DNA of 64,000 nucleotides from Lytechinus pictus (Eukaryota): NCBI RefSeq assembly GCF_037042905.1, contig NC_087252.1, positions 9,426,001 to 9,490,000 of the forward strand, read 5' to 3'. Shown piece by piece: positions 1 to 12,777 of this stretch (position 1 is its first letter; each line of letters starts with the position of its first letter). The notes under the pieces were generated by a model. It saw only the letters and a program-made list of their open reading frames with translations, ran no database searches and was not told where the DNA came from. The position numbers and the translations under genes were made by a program.

Positions 1-1
1 A

Positions 2-1186
2 ACTCTAGAATTTGGACTCCCTCAGGGGTCAATAGTCGGACCCATAGGCTACTCAATATATACTCTTCCAGTTGGTGATATCATCCGAAATCACTGTATC
101 AATTATCATTTTTACGCTGATGACATACAATTATATGTTTCTTTTGATCCGAAGACTCCCGGAGCTCTCAATAATAATAATAATAATAATAGTGTATATT
201 TGTAGAGCGCGCACACCGTCAGTAGACGCTCATGGCGCTAGCCGAGCAACAGTTCTCTTTTACAATGGAACATGAGATTTTATAGAAATTTATTATATAT
301 ATATAATGCACTGGTTAAACTCCAGAATTGTATATCAGATATAAGACAGTGGATGATAGTGAATAAACTAAAACTTAATGATAATAAAACTGAATTTTTT
401 GTTGCGGCCTCTACTTATAACTTGCGCAATCTTCCAAATGTTCAACTTGATGTTGATGGTACACTCATTAGACCATCAGAAAAAATACGAAACCTTGGTG
501 TCATATTTGATTCCCGCATGTCAATGTCGTACCATATCTATCATATCTGTAGCACAGTCACTTTTTATTTAAGGAATATTTCTAGAATCAGAAGGTTTAT
601 TGACCAGTCTGCCTGTCACAATGCTGTTCGTTCATTGATTCTGTCTCGTATTGATTATTGCAATGGGCTCCTTTCTTCAATTCCCTCTAATCAATTAGCC
701 CGTGTTCAACGACTACAAAATTGGGCAGCACGATTAATTTTACAGGTTTCCCGGGATCATCCTTCCCAACCACTCTTTAATTCTCTTCACTGGCTTCCTT
801 TTAAACAGAGAATTACATTCAAATTACTCTTGATTGTCTACAAAACACTGAATAAACAGGCTCCACAGTATTTAAGTAACTGCTTGAATCTGTATACACC
901 AACTAGAGCTCTTAGATCGGCCAGTGATCACCTTCGCCTCACATATTCATTAACTCGTACATTAGCTGGTGACAGAACTTTTACGGTGTCGGCTTCAAAA
1001 TCCTGGAACAACCTGCCACTAATAATTAGACAGTCTCCATCATTAGCAATCTTCAAAAAGTCATTAAAAACACATCTCTTTCATACTTTGTAGTTTTTAG
1101 AATATTACATCTTATTAATTCATTGTAAGCGCCTTGGGCCTAATGGGAAAAGCGCAGTACAAATGATAAGTAATAATAATAATAAT
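2..1186 (+). mobile_element. 3' part of a CR1/L2-group LINE (reverse transcriptase C-terminus, 3' UTR, (TAA)n tail), interrupted at about 171-304
   Basis: Frame from nt 2 reads FGLPQGSIVGP...HFYADDIQLY (RT PQG and YADD motifs). It resumes in ORF 272-1093 (LKLNDNKTEF, RNLGVIFD, SRIDYCNGLL, LHWLP...FKLLL, FKKSLKTHLF), followed by a gcgcc...gcgc stem and (TAA)n tail at about 1129-1186. Confidence 0.92.
171..304 (-). mobile_element. Short antisense 3'-terminal fragment of another L2/CR1-like retroposon inserted in the LINE RT
   Basis: The minus strand reads agcgccatgagcgtc...gcgcgctctacaaat...(TTA)n. Removing it rejoins the RT frame (PGALN|NALVKL). Confidence 0.6.
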
Positions 1187-2857
1187 ACATATTGAAGCAA
1201 ACTTGAGAATTACATGTTCTTGTTTAAATCAAAAGAAAAATGTGATGACTATAGGCTTACATTATTATTTTTGGGGGAGGGTTATTTCCTCAACCGTGGT
1301 GTAACAAGCGGGGGGCAGGGGCAGTCTGCGCCCCCACCCTTCCCCTCTGGCGGATTTATCGGGGGGAAATAGCAAATGGGGAAAAGGGAGAGAGAAAGTT
1401 ATTAGAAGGAAAGAAAGAAAGAAAAAAAAGGAAGGAAAGAAAGAAAGAAAAGGAGAAAGAAAGAAAGAAAGTAAGTAAGTAAGTAAGTAAGAAAGAAAAA
1501 AGGGAAAGAAAGGAAGAAACAGAGGAATGAGGGGGAAAGAAAGAACATAAAGAGAAGGGTAAAACGGAAGGAAAGGAGGGAAAGAACAAATCATCCCGAA
1601 AAAACTATTGTATGAGTAGGAAAGGGGAAATAATTTAAGATTAGGCAAAAATGGCAAAATTTATGACGGTAAAGGAAAAGAAAATAGGCGCAAAAAAACG
1701 GATATGAAGGTAAAATGGAGTGGCTATGTGAAAGTTGAATTGAAAAATGAAGAAAAGGAAAAAACGAAAAAATAAGAACGTGGCCAGGCTGCCAACTAGA
1801 AATAATAAAGAAAAAGAAGAAAGAATGGGGTAGCGTATATGTGTATGAACCGTTATTGCATGGCATTAAGGAAGCCTATATGCTTTCTAGAGTGACCCCC
1901 TTTTTTTTGCTTGTCAAATGTTCTACGAGCTCAACACCCGTAATACCTTGGTCACATTTGCAGGGAATCCTAGCTATATGCGAGTCTTATTTTTTGGTTT
2001 TTACATTCAGACCTGAAAAGAAACGTTTTAAGCATCGTTACACATTTAGAAAAGTCAATATGTGGATATTTTTGTCAGTAAATAAACCAACTCAAATACA
2101 AGTCCTCGAAATATTTTTTGGACGGACATCACATGGCCAATTTTAGCCCCCACCCTTAAATTTGGGAGAAACCCCTCCGTCTGACACCCATAGTGTTGTA
2201 GGTAATCAAAGTTATACCTCAGTCAAATTTGCTTTACCGCGGCCGTACGTACAGCGAGTTGAAAACAGCCGTTTTAACAAATTGTAATAATATTATGAAT
2301 AACAATGAATAAAACAGCTTTTTTCGACTCACCGTACAATAGCCGTGGAGCAAATGTGACCAAGGTATTAGGGTGTTGAGCTCATAGAACATTTGACAAG
2401 CCAAAAAAAGGGGGTTCTCTAGAAAATCTAGAAAATAAAGGTCACTTTGTCCCGCGTTAAATTTCTCAAGCAAAAACAAAAAAGGTTGTTTCAATAAAAA
2501 GCCCCCGACATATTTGGTGAGACTCTCAAAGGGGAGGGGGCATACTGGTGTATGAACTATGACTATGACACTATGACACACAAAAGGGGTGGGTACGGCC
2601 GGGCCGGAAATGACCCCCCCCCCCCCCCCCCCCCCCCCACCTGAATCCGCCACTGATATAGGTATTACAATAAACACATTTGCTCATAAGCATATCAAGG
2701 GAAAAATCCTAATATCTTTTAACTTCATGCTTGCCGATTAGAGACATTAAGTTTACGTGAAACGTAATGTTGTGATACTATATACATGCCGCTCTTTCTT
2801 TTCTTTTCTTTTGATCAAAATAAATTATGGTTATTTGATATAATCTGGTGTATTTGT

Positions 2858-3060
2858 GAAGATTTCTCCGAATTCAAACAAACCTTTACGTGGGGATTCA
2901 CAGAAAACCAAGAAACAACCAGTTTTACCAGGAATTGTGGGGATTTCCCCAAGATGGGGTTTTACCAACACTTCAAATAGGCGCTCACATGTGACAACTA
3001 ATATTGGCAGGCATTTATGGTGGGTATTACCAAAGCTATAACGACTTGTGGGGATTTGCC
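2858..3060 (+). promoter_or_regulatory. Cluster of NF-kB/Rel-like motifs upstream of the putative first exon of gene copy 1
   Basis: GAAGATTTCTCC 2858, GGGGATTCAC 2892, GGGGATTTCCCC 2939, GGGGTTTTACC 2956, GGGTATTACC 3022, GGGGATTTGCC 3050. The kB consensus is GGGRNNYYCC; 2939 is a full match and the others are near-matches. Confidence 0.6.
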
Positions 3061-3179
3061 ACTTGTATATTGATATCTTAAAAAGGCTTTAAAAACTAGT
3101 ATGGCCTGCATTATACTCAGCATTTTCAACCACAAAGCTCGATCAGCAGGTCCGGCTGTGTCCTAAACAAAATTCTGTC

Positions 3180-3298
3180 CAATTTGTCACAATACAAGAA
3201 GGACTTCTTCAAATCTTGGTACCATTTCGGATTGAAACGCAATCAAACAGTTCGTCCATCTGATCACTCTAGCTGAAGATACTGAACTCGTCATTTCG
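3180..3298 (+). other. Putative non-coding 5' exon of gene copy 1 (start approximate); intron 3299-10200
   Basis: Strong donor TCG|GTAAGT at 3298/3299, conserved in the paralogue (17893/17894). Acceptor ttgttttcattcatgtgtag ends at 10200, 15 nt before the ATG. Confidence 0.55.
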
Positions 3299-3890
3299 GT
3301 AAGTAATATTTTATTATTGATTTATTCAGTTTCCAATTTTATTCCTTCATTTTCAACATCCCCATGCAATCGCCATGAGTTATTCAGAAGTGTAATTCCT
3401 TTGGTGTCACTATACCTATATCAATAGATCCACGTGTAGCTATCAGGGGCGGATCCCGGATTTCCCAAAAGGGGGAGGAGACATTTCAGAAAAAAACATT
3501 GAGAAGCAAGAAATAATAAGAAAAGGGTCTTTACCCCTTTATGCCCGACATTTTCCATCCCGAATGATTTTGATGGATCTTAAAGGGTGTCTGCACGGGT
3601 AGGAAATGCCTCCCCTCCCTATCCCCCCCCCCCCCCTATTCATCCACCAATGTGCACAGGGTTTGCTATCCATTGACTCTTGACAAACCAAAACAACCGC
3701 CCAGTAATTCGTAATGTCTTGTTTCCTCTTCACGTACGTCGTTCTACTCGCTTCCTTTATCGAATTACATTAAACCCCCCTTAAAGGGGGGTACTGGGGA
3801 GGCTTAGGATTTTTTTTTTGCTCGCCATATTTTTCCTGGAACAACCCCCCCCCCCTTCATATTGTATCAATTTTTTTGCTTTTTTGTTAC

Positions 3891-4458
3891 AGGGATGGTC
3901 CGGGCTGAAACTATTTATGTCTTTATACATATGGTAGAATTCACATAGCAAAATGCCGAAAATTTCATCAAAATCGGATAACAAATAATAAAGTTATTGT
4001 CGTTTAAAATTTAGCAATATTTTGTGAAAACAGTCGTCGTGAATATTCATGATGTCACAGCCCCACTTTCCGTTTCCTATGTTATTACATAAAATCCTAT
4101 TTTTTCATTATTTCATACTTGTGTGAATAATATGTCTCCCTTATAATGAAATAAGTTGCAGCAATAAATATGTAATGCACTATTCAGTTGTCAACCCAAT
4201 TTTTCTAGTTCTTGGAAGAAAAATTAGAATAAACCTAATTTCATATAATAAAATACAAAAGAACAAGCGGGAATGTGACATCATCAGCCCACCTATGAAT
4301 ATTCATGACGACTGTTTTCACAAAATATTGCTAAATTTTTAAATTCAATAACTTTGTTATTTGTTATCCTATTTTGATGAAATTTTCGGCATTTTGCTTA
4401 GTGAATTCTCCTTTACTTATTATAAAAGCTATAAATACTTCCAGCCCGGACCATCCCT
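3891..4458. mobile_element. Non-autonomous TIR element (Kolobok-like, AGG termini, TTAA site); paralogous copy 18517-19107
   Basis: TIRs agggatggtccgggctg / cagcccggaccatccct. The paralogous copy has TTAA on both sides. Confidence 0.75.
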
Positions 4459-4462
4459 TTAA

Positions 4463-5052
4463 AGGTCAAGTCCACCTCAGAAAAATGTTGATTTGAATGA
4501 ATAGAGAAAAATCAGACAAGCACAATGCTGAAAACTTCATCAAAATCGGATGTAAAATAAAAAAGTTATGACATTTCAAAGTTTCGCTTATTTTTAACAA
4601 AATAGTTATATGAACGAGCCAGTTACATCCAAATGAGAGAGTCAATGATGTTACTCACTATTTCTTTTGTTTTTCTATTGTTTGAATTATACAATTTTTA
4701 TGAATTTGACGATTAGGACCTTCTTGCCTGAACCACAAAATGTTAAAATAATGGAATTCCACGTGTTCATGGAGGAATGAAACTTCATTTCAAATGACAA
4801 TGATGAGAAAATCAAAATATTTCATATTTCATTATAATAAAATACAATAGAAATAGTGAGTGAGTGATGTCATCAGTTCCCTCATTTGCATACCGACCAA
4901 GATGTGCATGTTTTGTCAATTCGGAATCGAAACTTTAAAATATCATAACTTTCTTTTTTTTACATTCGATTTTGATTAAATTTTCAGTGCTATGCTTGTT
5001 CAATTTTTATCTTTTTATTCAAATCAAGTTTTTGTTGGGGTGAACTTGTCCT
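4463..5052. mobile_element. Kolobok-like MITE with TTAA TSD, specific to duplication unit 1
   Basis: TTAA|aggtcaagtccacc...ggtgaacttgtcct|TTAA. Absent at the paralogous site (19108-19111). Same family at 36161-36759 and 39326-39923. Confidence 0.85.
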
Positions 5053-5364
5053 TTAAGAATGCTTCCTTGACACCAATATACATTAAACAAAATAAAAATA
5101 AATATGACTCCAAGTCGACCTAATATATGCCATTCTAAATTTATTTAATAATTGTTACTGTGATTAATTCGGCTCGTATTTGACTGTAGCATAAACTCAT
5201 TAAACAGGATGCGAATCAATTTTAAGAGACATTATTTGCACGAAAATGTAGACGTGAAAGGATTTAATGTGCTAAGAAGTGTCTATTTGGTGGCTATATT
5301 TCACTCAAGAATGTACCGTTTCCACACGCGACGCGTGCCATGTGTTTGGCATGCTTAGTACATG

Positions 5365-6003
5365 CATGGACCTATGAAGAGATGGACGATTAACGCGAGC
5401 AATTCTTTGGTCCAATGATAGTCACCGTCGCCTGGTTATGCGCATCTTAATGAGAACATACAGGTGTTGTAACAATAGCAATTACCATGACTACCAAGAC
5501 GTATCTGATCACCCAAAGACGGAACAGTTTCCCGGTCTTGATTTTTGTTGGCTGATACCCTGTTTCAGCATGTGCCTTTCAGTCAACATGCTTCATATTT
5601 GGAGCAGCAAACTTGAAAAGCAGACGATCTTTATGATATAAAATATGATATTATTCGATCCGCTAACTACCGCTCACACATAAGGACCTCAATAACATTG
5701 AGAGATACACGATCTATAAATGTTATGTACCACGTATATTTGGAATATTATGGAGAAACTTGGGAAAATTAAATTTTAAATGGTAAACAATCAATCACAA
5801 TATTGCCTCTCTATTACAATATGAAGACATTTCCCCAAATAAAACACATGGAACTAAGATTACCAAAGGTAAAAAAGAACTGCACATCGATTTTCCACGA
5901 TTTAAGGGATTTGTTGTCTATTGCGCATATAATTTGTGAAATATAAATGTCCAGTCACGAACTGCTTCCGTCCGTTCTCACGGTGACGATCATTGAATCC
6001 ATG
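5365..6003. mobile_element. Insertion with CATGGA termini and 7-bp TSD (P-element-like, non-autonomous), unit 1 only
   Basis: gtacatg|catgga...tccatg|gtacatg. Empty site in the paralogue near 19421. Confidence 0.65.
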
Positions 6004-8750
6004 GTACATGCATATACGATCCTGGCAGAGGGGGCACAGCGACCCCCCCCCCCCCACACACACACACGCACACTTTTTAAAACACGAAAACAGTGCAGAA
6101 CTGTCCCTCTTTATCACCTAAATGCCCTCGAAAAACTTGCTCGGTTTCCCGTTCGTCTTTTCATGAAAGGCTTTCACAAAACAGTTACAAACACAAAGAG
6201 TGGCGTAGAGATGCGTGAGATAGGGGGCTCCCCCCCCCCAAAAAAAAAAAAAAAAATCACGACCGAGGGGAAAAAAACAAAAGGAAAGACAGTAGAGTGA
6301 ATTTTAATATCATCCGATATTTTCCGTAATAAAAATGTTAACATTTTTGCTCGCTCGCTTCGCTTGCTATCATTTTTTTTTATTTTGCCCGATATCATGT
6401 ACCCTTAAAATCTTTGGCTTATTTCGCCATTGCATGCATATAAGAGAGTAAATCATATCACTCACTCTTTGCTTTGCTTTTTCTTCTATTGTTTTGAATT
6501 TACAATATTTCTTCTTTTTTTACATATTTGATAAAAAAGACCAACTTGACTGAGCAATAAAATGTTTAAACAGTAGCAATTTCACATGTTCAGGAAGGAA
6601 TTCGTTTCACAGGACCATGAGGAAAAAAATTTAATATTTCATATTTCATACAATAAAAAAATAGTGAGTGACTTCATTAGTCCCTAAGCTTCATTTGCAT
6701 GGTGACCAGTGGTCGGCAACGTAAAGTTTAGCCAACAGTTTTTTTTCACGATTGATTGCATTGACAAAAATGTACAATCAATTTCTAAAACCGAGCGTAC
6801 CATAAATCGCTAAACTCTGTCTTATGGGACCCAGGATGTGCATATCTGTTTTACAGATTAAGCGAAACTTCAAAATTTGTTTTTTTACATCCGAATTTAA
6901 TGGGCTTTTCGGTGTTATGGTGTTTGCATTTTTCTCTTTTCATCCCAATCAACCTTTTAAAAAGGTTAGCCATATTCTTTAATTTTCATTGAGATCCCTT
7001 AAAGGGCACCTTTACGGTACAGAGAAGGCCAATAATTAGACGAGTTTTATTCAACTAACGTATTTCGTCTTAAAATGGGCACTTCGGCCTCTCATCTTAC
7101 AGTGCAAAAAAAATGACCCCTCTCCATTTTTCCAAAGCGTGACCATATATGTTTTTAAGCAATAAGAGGTTTGAAGGTTTGGTTTGAAGGTTTTATTAGA
7201 ATATCCACATATCGCAGCCATTTAGACTGAATTGCATTGGATTTACAAAATTTATAAATAATAACGATAAAATGATAACATGGTAAAGCAATCGAACATT
7301 ATAAATATATTATTTACAAATAAAAATACAAACACTTTGGGTAACTTGACAGATTAAGGAAATGGTGACCAGAGTGTATAGATAAGGGGAAAGGGGATAC
7401 AATAGAGTGGGGAAAGAGGGTGGGGGAGATGAACACAGAAGAGATTAATATGAGAGTAGTGATACACAGATGTCATTCTGATTTAGATTAAGAAGAGTAA
7501 ATGTATATCAAAATATGAATATGGTAATGATATGTAAATTAAGTGTCAACGAACCCCCCCCCCCCCCCCCTTATATGAGTGTATTGAAACGTATATGGTA
7601 TACGGGATTATGGTGATAATTGACTAAAAACATTAATACAGCAAATAGGATGATAAAACATACTAGTAATCAAAGAAAACATTACCGATGGTGTCTTTAT
7701 TGTGGGAATTTTCCTACTTTCTCTTCAACAAACAAAATCATATTAAGGGGAATTGTGTTCTATGTCCTTTACCTTGCTACATAAAAAAAGAAGTTGTAAT
7801 CATCGTCAGAATAGCAAGATTTACGAAACAATTCAAATTTCCGAACCGCTCGCTTGCGGAGTAGACCCATCAATAACTGCTTCCAAATCAGGGGTGCCAT
7901 TTTGTAAATAATATGGGATAGAGTTGGCTTTTGTTGACCAACGAAAGATATAACATGCAATGAGATGAAAGGGAATAAGCCAGTTCGTAGTTCCTTTATG
8001 CGCATGATCAAAAGATTCTACACATGATCAGAGGAAGGTCATTTGTACTAAAGTGACATGGTGGTTTAAAATCTAATGAGATAAGCACCAACTTTGATGT
8101 CTTGATTATTCACATATTCTTTTGAATAGTGATATTCATTTACATCCACAAAAAAAACAACAATGCGTCCACGAACGACTGGTATTTCACTGTTTGCCAA
8201 GTACATTGTGCAACATGCTATGATATGCATTCAAAGTAGGAATTCAACAAATACCTTCATAAGTGTTCATTGGTGTGCTATTCTAGTCACCTGGTCTATT
8301 CAAATTCTTCATCCTGCTATGCAAGGCAAGCTTACGTAATATCTTGCTTTGAAATCTGCCTATCATAATGAAAGAAATGAAAGGTCATTTGACCAAAATT
8401 GTCCATAAGTAACTACGAACTGGTCTATTAGGAAATGCACTGCTTCACGAAGTGTTTATGAAGTTGTTAGAAAGCGTGTGTGGGTGGGGTGTGTGTATGG
8501 ATGAATGTGAGTGTGCGAGAGAGGTTTGTGTGTGAGTGTGTGTTTTGTTTGATTCTTCACCATCAACCTGACGCAACTGAGATGTTACGACCTTGTCGGG
8601 ATATTGTCTCTTATAGTCAGCTATGCATGCTAGATCCTTGTGAAAATAATATGAGAATAACTTTACCAGGACATATCAAACCAATGATTCAATATTAGAC
8701 AACTTCATATTTCTGACTCACGGTATGCAATAGCGAAAACTAAGTTATAG

Positions 8751-9836
8751 CAGTCAGACCGCAGGTCCCTATGCTAATGAGCAAAAAGGCCAGATTCATC
8801 CAAATCATCTCGTGGCTGAATCCTCCTCCTTGCAAAATCTCGTGATTCGTGAGATTTTCTTTCTCTAAGAATTTACCTGTTTTAACCTCAAGTTAAATGA
8901 AATATTATTGCTCCATCAGATAGAGTAAATGTTACTCTTTCATATTGGTCATTTATTTTGTATACAATACTTTGTTAAATAAGTAAATTTCTGGCCTGAA
9001 AATGTGCCTCAAAACTGAATTTTCTTCCTCTGTTTTCTTTTGCAAATTGTGCAAAACTTTTTTTATTTTGAGCCTCAATTATATCTATTTCACCATAAAG
9101 CTGAACTTCTGTACTTTCTCACAATGCCACTCTTGATATGCAGCACCTTTTAATCGGGTCAAGATCACACTTTTTACACCAAGGTACAAGACGAGATTTC
9201 TGAAATTTTGTACTTGCATGAAATCCAGAGTTCTGATTGGCTGGATAAGGTTCACAGAATAACAGGCGCGGGGTTTTTGAGGAGATTACCACATGGGAAG
9301 TGTGACCTTTCCACGAACCCAGGCTCTGGAACCGTTGGAATTTGCCATTGTGTGGTCTTTTGGACCAATCAGAGTGCAGTATTCTTGTTTTCAAGCTGCT
9401 TTATGTACTTGGCAAATGAAAAGTGTGATCTTTACCCGATTAAACCAATTCTTATTTTGAAACCTATATCATTTCAAAGCATACATATTCATCTTTATCA
9501 TGATATAAAAATCATTTGGGCTCAAACAAAAATAAAGTGTGAAAATAGCAGCTTTTGTCAGGTGAAAATATTTATTTTGTAGCATATTTTAGATCAAAAT
9601 TTTAACCTATATTACAAAATCTTTGAATAAATCCAAACACATGACCTAGAAGAATGATTCTTCTTCTTTACAATGGTACCAAATTCATGAAATTCGATGC
9701 ACAATTAGAGCAGCAATGTCCGAATGAAAATAGGTGTTTTGGTCCGCATCAAGCTCATTAAATATGCAAAACATCTCAAGTCATGAATATCACTTGGATG
9801 AAAGAAGCCACTTTCTTGGGACCTGCAGTCTGACTG
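8751..9836. mobile_element. Non-autonomous DNA transposon, about 20-bp TIR, 4-bp TSD ATAG, unit 1 only
   Basis: atag|cagtcagaccgcaggtccc...gggacctgcagtctgactg|atag. Absent in the paralogue near 21770. Confidence 0.85.
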
Positions 9837-10215
9837 ATAGAGAATGGAGTGAACTGCATGAGACGTGTACTCACCCACGTCACACGCAGTTCACCTAAAA
9901 CTTGGAGATTTCGCAATTGAATTTTTAGGGACGGTTTCATGCAAGAACACTGTAAATGTATTGAAAAGGCAAGACAATGAAAAGCTGGGATGTCTTTGTC
10001 AATATTGCAGAACCGCACCCAGTTTCCTCCTCATAGTTTCGGACACAAAAATACAAATATGTCTTGTCCAGAGTCGAAAACAAATCTGCTGTAATTTGTT
10101 TCACAAATGTTGGTCCGACTTGATATGGAATGAGAAGTTCAAGTGATTATCCTTTAATATTGCATTTAAAATAATCTTCATTGTTTTCATTCATGTGTAG
10201 ATTACAACAAAAGAC

Positions 10216-11232
10216 ATGGCTGTTTCCCGGAACGAAGATAACACACAAAAGGGTCTTCAAACCTTGGAAGAAAGCCTCTCTGAGATGCCCTTGAACATGC
10301 GGCTTTTCTCACTCTCGATGCGTTCTTTGTATGCTGACAAAGCAGTTGGAGGGGGCAGCCAAGCTGCTGTAGACTTCCGAAAGCTCCGTGACAACACACG
10401 GGACGACGCGATGGTTTATCTAAAAGGAGTGCTTCCGGTGGCCACCAAGTTCGTTTCCAACATCAGTGAGTTCTTCGAGTTTTACACTGCTCTTTCGTAC
10501 GAAGAATGGTGCGACATGTTGAAAGATATCACACAGGAAATAAGCAGCTATAAGGGACTTGCGGTGATCCTAGTGCAGATGCACCAAGATATACTGGTAC
10601 CGCTAAAGAAAAGAGAAGACGACGCCACTGTGATTGTCAAATCACTCCAAAACCTACAAGCGGAGTACGACAAGAAAAGAAAAGAGCTCGAAAGTTCCGC
10701 TGCAACAAAAAGCGGATGGGCAATTGGGCTGTCATTTGTTCCCTTTATAGGCGCTATAGCAGGCCCAGTGCTAGCTGCCTCCGCAAACAGTGACCTCGCA
10801 GAAGCAGTCGCCAAAGGAGAAGAGTGCTACATTCAGGAAAGAGCCGCCATTGCGATCAAGGAATGTCTCGTCCCTGCCCTCAAAAACTTCATCGGTGGTC
10901 TTGAGGCTGCAGCCGGTTTCTTTTCTGTCATGGAGAATGAGCTGGCGAAGTTTGAGGGCAAAGCCAACAAAGCCTTAGAAAATAAACTGATGCTTCATTA
11001 CAAAGTGATGAAGACAGAAGCCGAAAAGATGGATGGGCTGTGCATGAAATTCCACGCTGTTCTACCGGCCGTCCGTACTGATTTTCTCGCCATCCCTACG
11101 ACTGGAACCGACAAGTCCTACGTTGATAAGTGGCTTGAAGAGCAGAAGAAGGTCATCAAAAGAAAGCTAAAAGATAAGGCTGGGGGTATCTTAAAGGCCA
11201 TCAAAGATTCTGACCCTGCTTCTGAAAATTAA
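10216..11232 (+). CDS. 338-aa helical/coiled-coil protein with a central hydrophobic segment; putative ClyA/HBL-NHE-like alpha pore-forming protein (copy 1)
   Basis: Long intact GC-richer ORF, splice acceptor 15 nt upstream, 330/338 aa identical to the paralogue. Coiled coil followed by GWAIGLSFVPFIGAIAGPVLAASA (aa 167-190). The coding call is confident; the product is inferred from architecture only. Confidence 0.9.
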   Translation: MAVSRNEDNTQKGLQTLEESLSEMPLNMRLFSLSMRSLYADKAVGGGSQAAVDFRKLRDNTRDDAMVYLKGVLPVATKFVSNISEFFEFYTALSYEEWCDMLKDITQEISSYKGLAVILVQMHQDILVPLKKREDDATVIVKSLQNLQAEYDKKRKELESSAATKSGWAIGLSFVPFIGAIAGPVLAASANSDLAEAVAKGEECYIQERAAIAIKECLVPALKNFIGGLEAAAGFFSVMENELAKFEGKANKALENKLMLHYKVMKTEAEKMDGLCMKFHAVLPAVRTDFLAIPTTGTDKSYVDKWLEEQKKVIKRKLKDKAGGILKAIKDSDPASEN

Positions 11233-11845
11233 CTTTAACGAAGCAGAACGGAATATCGCGGGCTGAAAATCCTCTTTTGTATAAAGCACTGGCGTACATT
11301 ATTGGGCTCGCGGGCATGCCCCCCCCCCCCCAAAAAAAAAAAAAAGTTTCACAACCGAGGAAACAAAACAGAAACGGAAAGAAATTGAAAATTAAAGAGG
11401 ATGGAATTTTATGGTATTTTCTATGTCATGAAAATCTTTACCGAAATTAGATTTTGGTAGTAAAAGGTCAAATTGTTCTGTCTTGCAACGTTATAGAAAT
11501 ATTTCACCATATGGCACATCTGACTCCTAAAATTTTTGGATCCATTGCGATCTGGTATAGACGACCATTCCCACTCCCTTTAAATCCCTTGAGGAATGAA
11601 ATATTGCATGTTTTAATCAGCACATGCCCATGCAGCGATGGATTGGGGGTACTTGATCCCCAAAGTTCCAAGATGAAAAAGAAAATGAGACCAAAAAAAC
11701 ACAATAAATAACTTCAAAATGAAACCTTTCTCCTCCCCCCCCCCCCCTTACATACAGCCTTATTTTCGATATCGATCCACCTTAGTTGCGAGCAAGATAA
11801 ACTAAAAAGAAAATCTGTTTTCACCACATCCATATTGCACCTTCC

Positions 11846-12063
11846 CAGTGGCGTACCTAGGATTTTCCACAGGGGGGGGGGGGCAAATCGGCCGCAAAAA
11901 AAGGTCTTCAATCAAAAATAAAGGTTTTCGTACCAGAAAAAAAATTGACAAGCAAAAAAAAAAAAAGGTCTTCAAGCTCGTCAGGGAGGGGGGTATGGTT
12001 TTTGTATGGGTTGTGGCTCGTCAGGGGGGCAGACTGCCCCCCCCCCCCGTAGGTACGCTAGTG
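11846..12063. mobile_element. hAT-like MITE, 8-bp TSD (paralogous copy 23864-24084)
   Basis: caccttcc|cagtggcgtacct...aggtacgctagtg|caccttcc. Confidence 0.85.
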
Positions 12064-12777
12064 CACCTTCCTTTGGCTTAGCAAAAACATTTCGTTACAA
12101 TTGCCAGCCACTGATCTGTTTATCAAACACACACACATAAAAAGCACCTCATCTGAAATTGTGACTGTACAAGGTTTTTTTTTCTTATATGGGCATCATG
12201 ATTTATGGCGAAAAAGTCCACGCTTTTTTAAGTCAAATTGCTATCATTTGAATTATTAACTTGATTGGTGTGCATTTGTATTTGTATATGTTTTCCATTT
12301 AGGGCATTATCTAAAATGTCTTTGGCACGAAGTTGCGGCTTATTATTGAAAACACTTAAAGATTATACGACAATACACCAGACGTTGGACTGTACTGTTT
12401 CCAGAAGAAGAAGAAGAAGAAGAAGATTGCAAGTTAAAGGATGTTCGGTATTATAACATTGTTGTCTAGAAATCGGAAGATATTTTATATCTTTAGAATG
12501 AAGTTTAATATTTGCATCAATTTATTGTTATTTTAATTGGCCTATAATACGTATAATAATAGGCCTATGCGGTGCGAAAATGAAATCTTGTGTGTGCGGT
12601 TTTTTTTTTTTTTTTTGGGGGGGGGGTAGGTAGTTTTTGTATGCCTTGGTATTTTCTGGTCTTCAGATGGCGTTGACTTCGGTGGTGGCATTTGACTAGT
12701 TTGCAGCACAGACCCTGATTGGAACTTTCAGTACACAAGGCATGAGTAGGCTGCACATTCAGACCCTTAACTCGAGT

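Noticed and set aside
10548..10978. Antisense and alternative-frame ORFs within the 338-aa gene (also 22482-22912)
   Set aside because: Shadows of the real CDS, conserved only because of the recent duplication.
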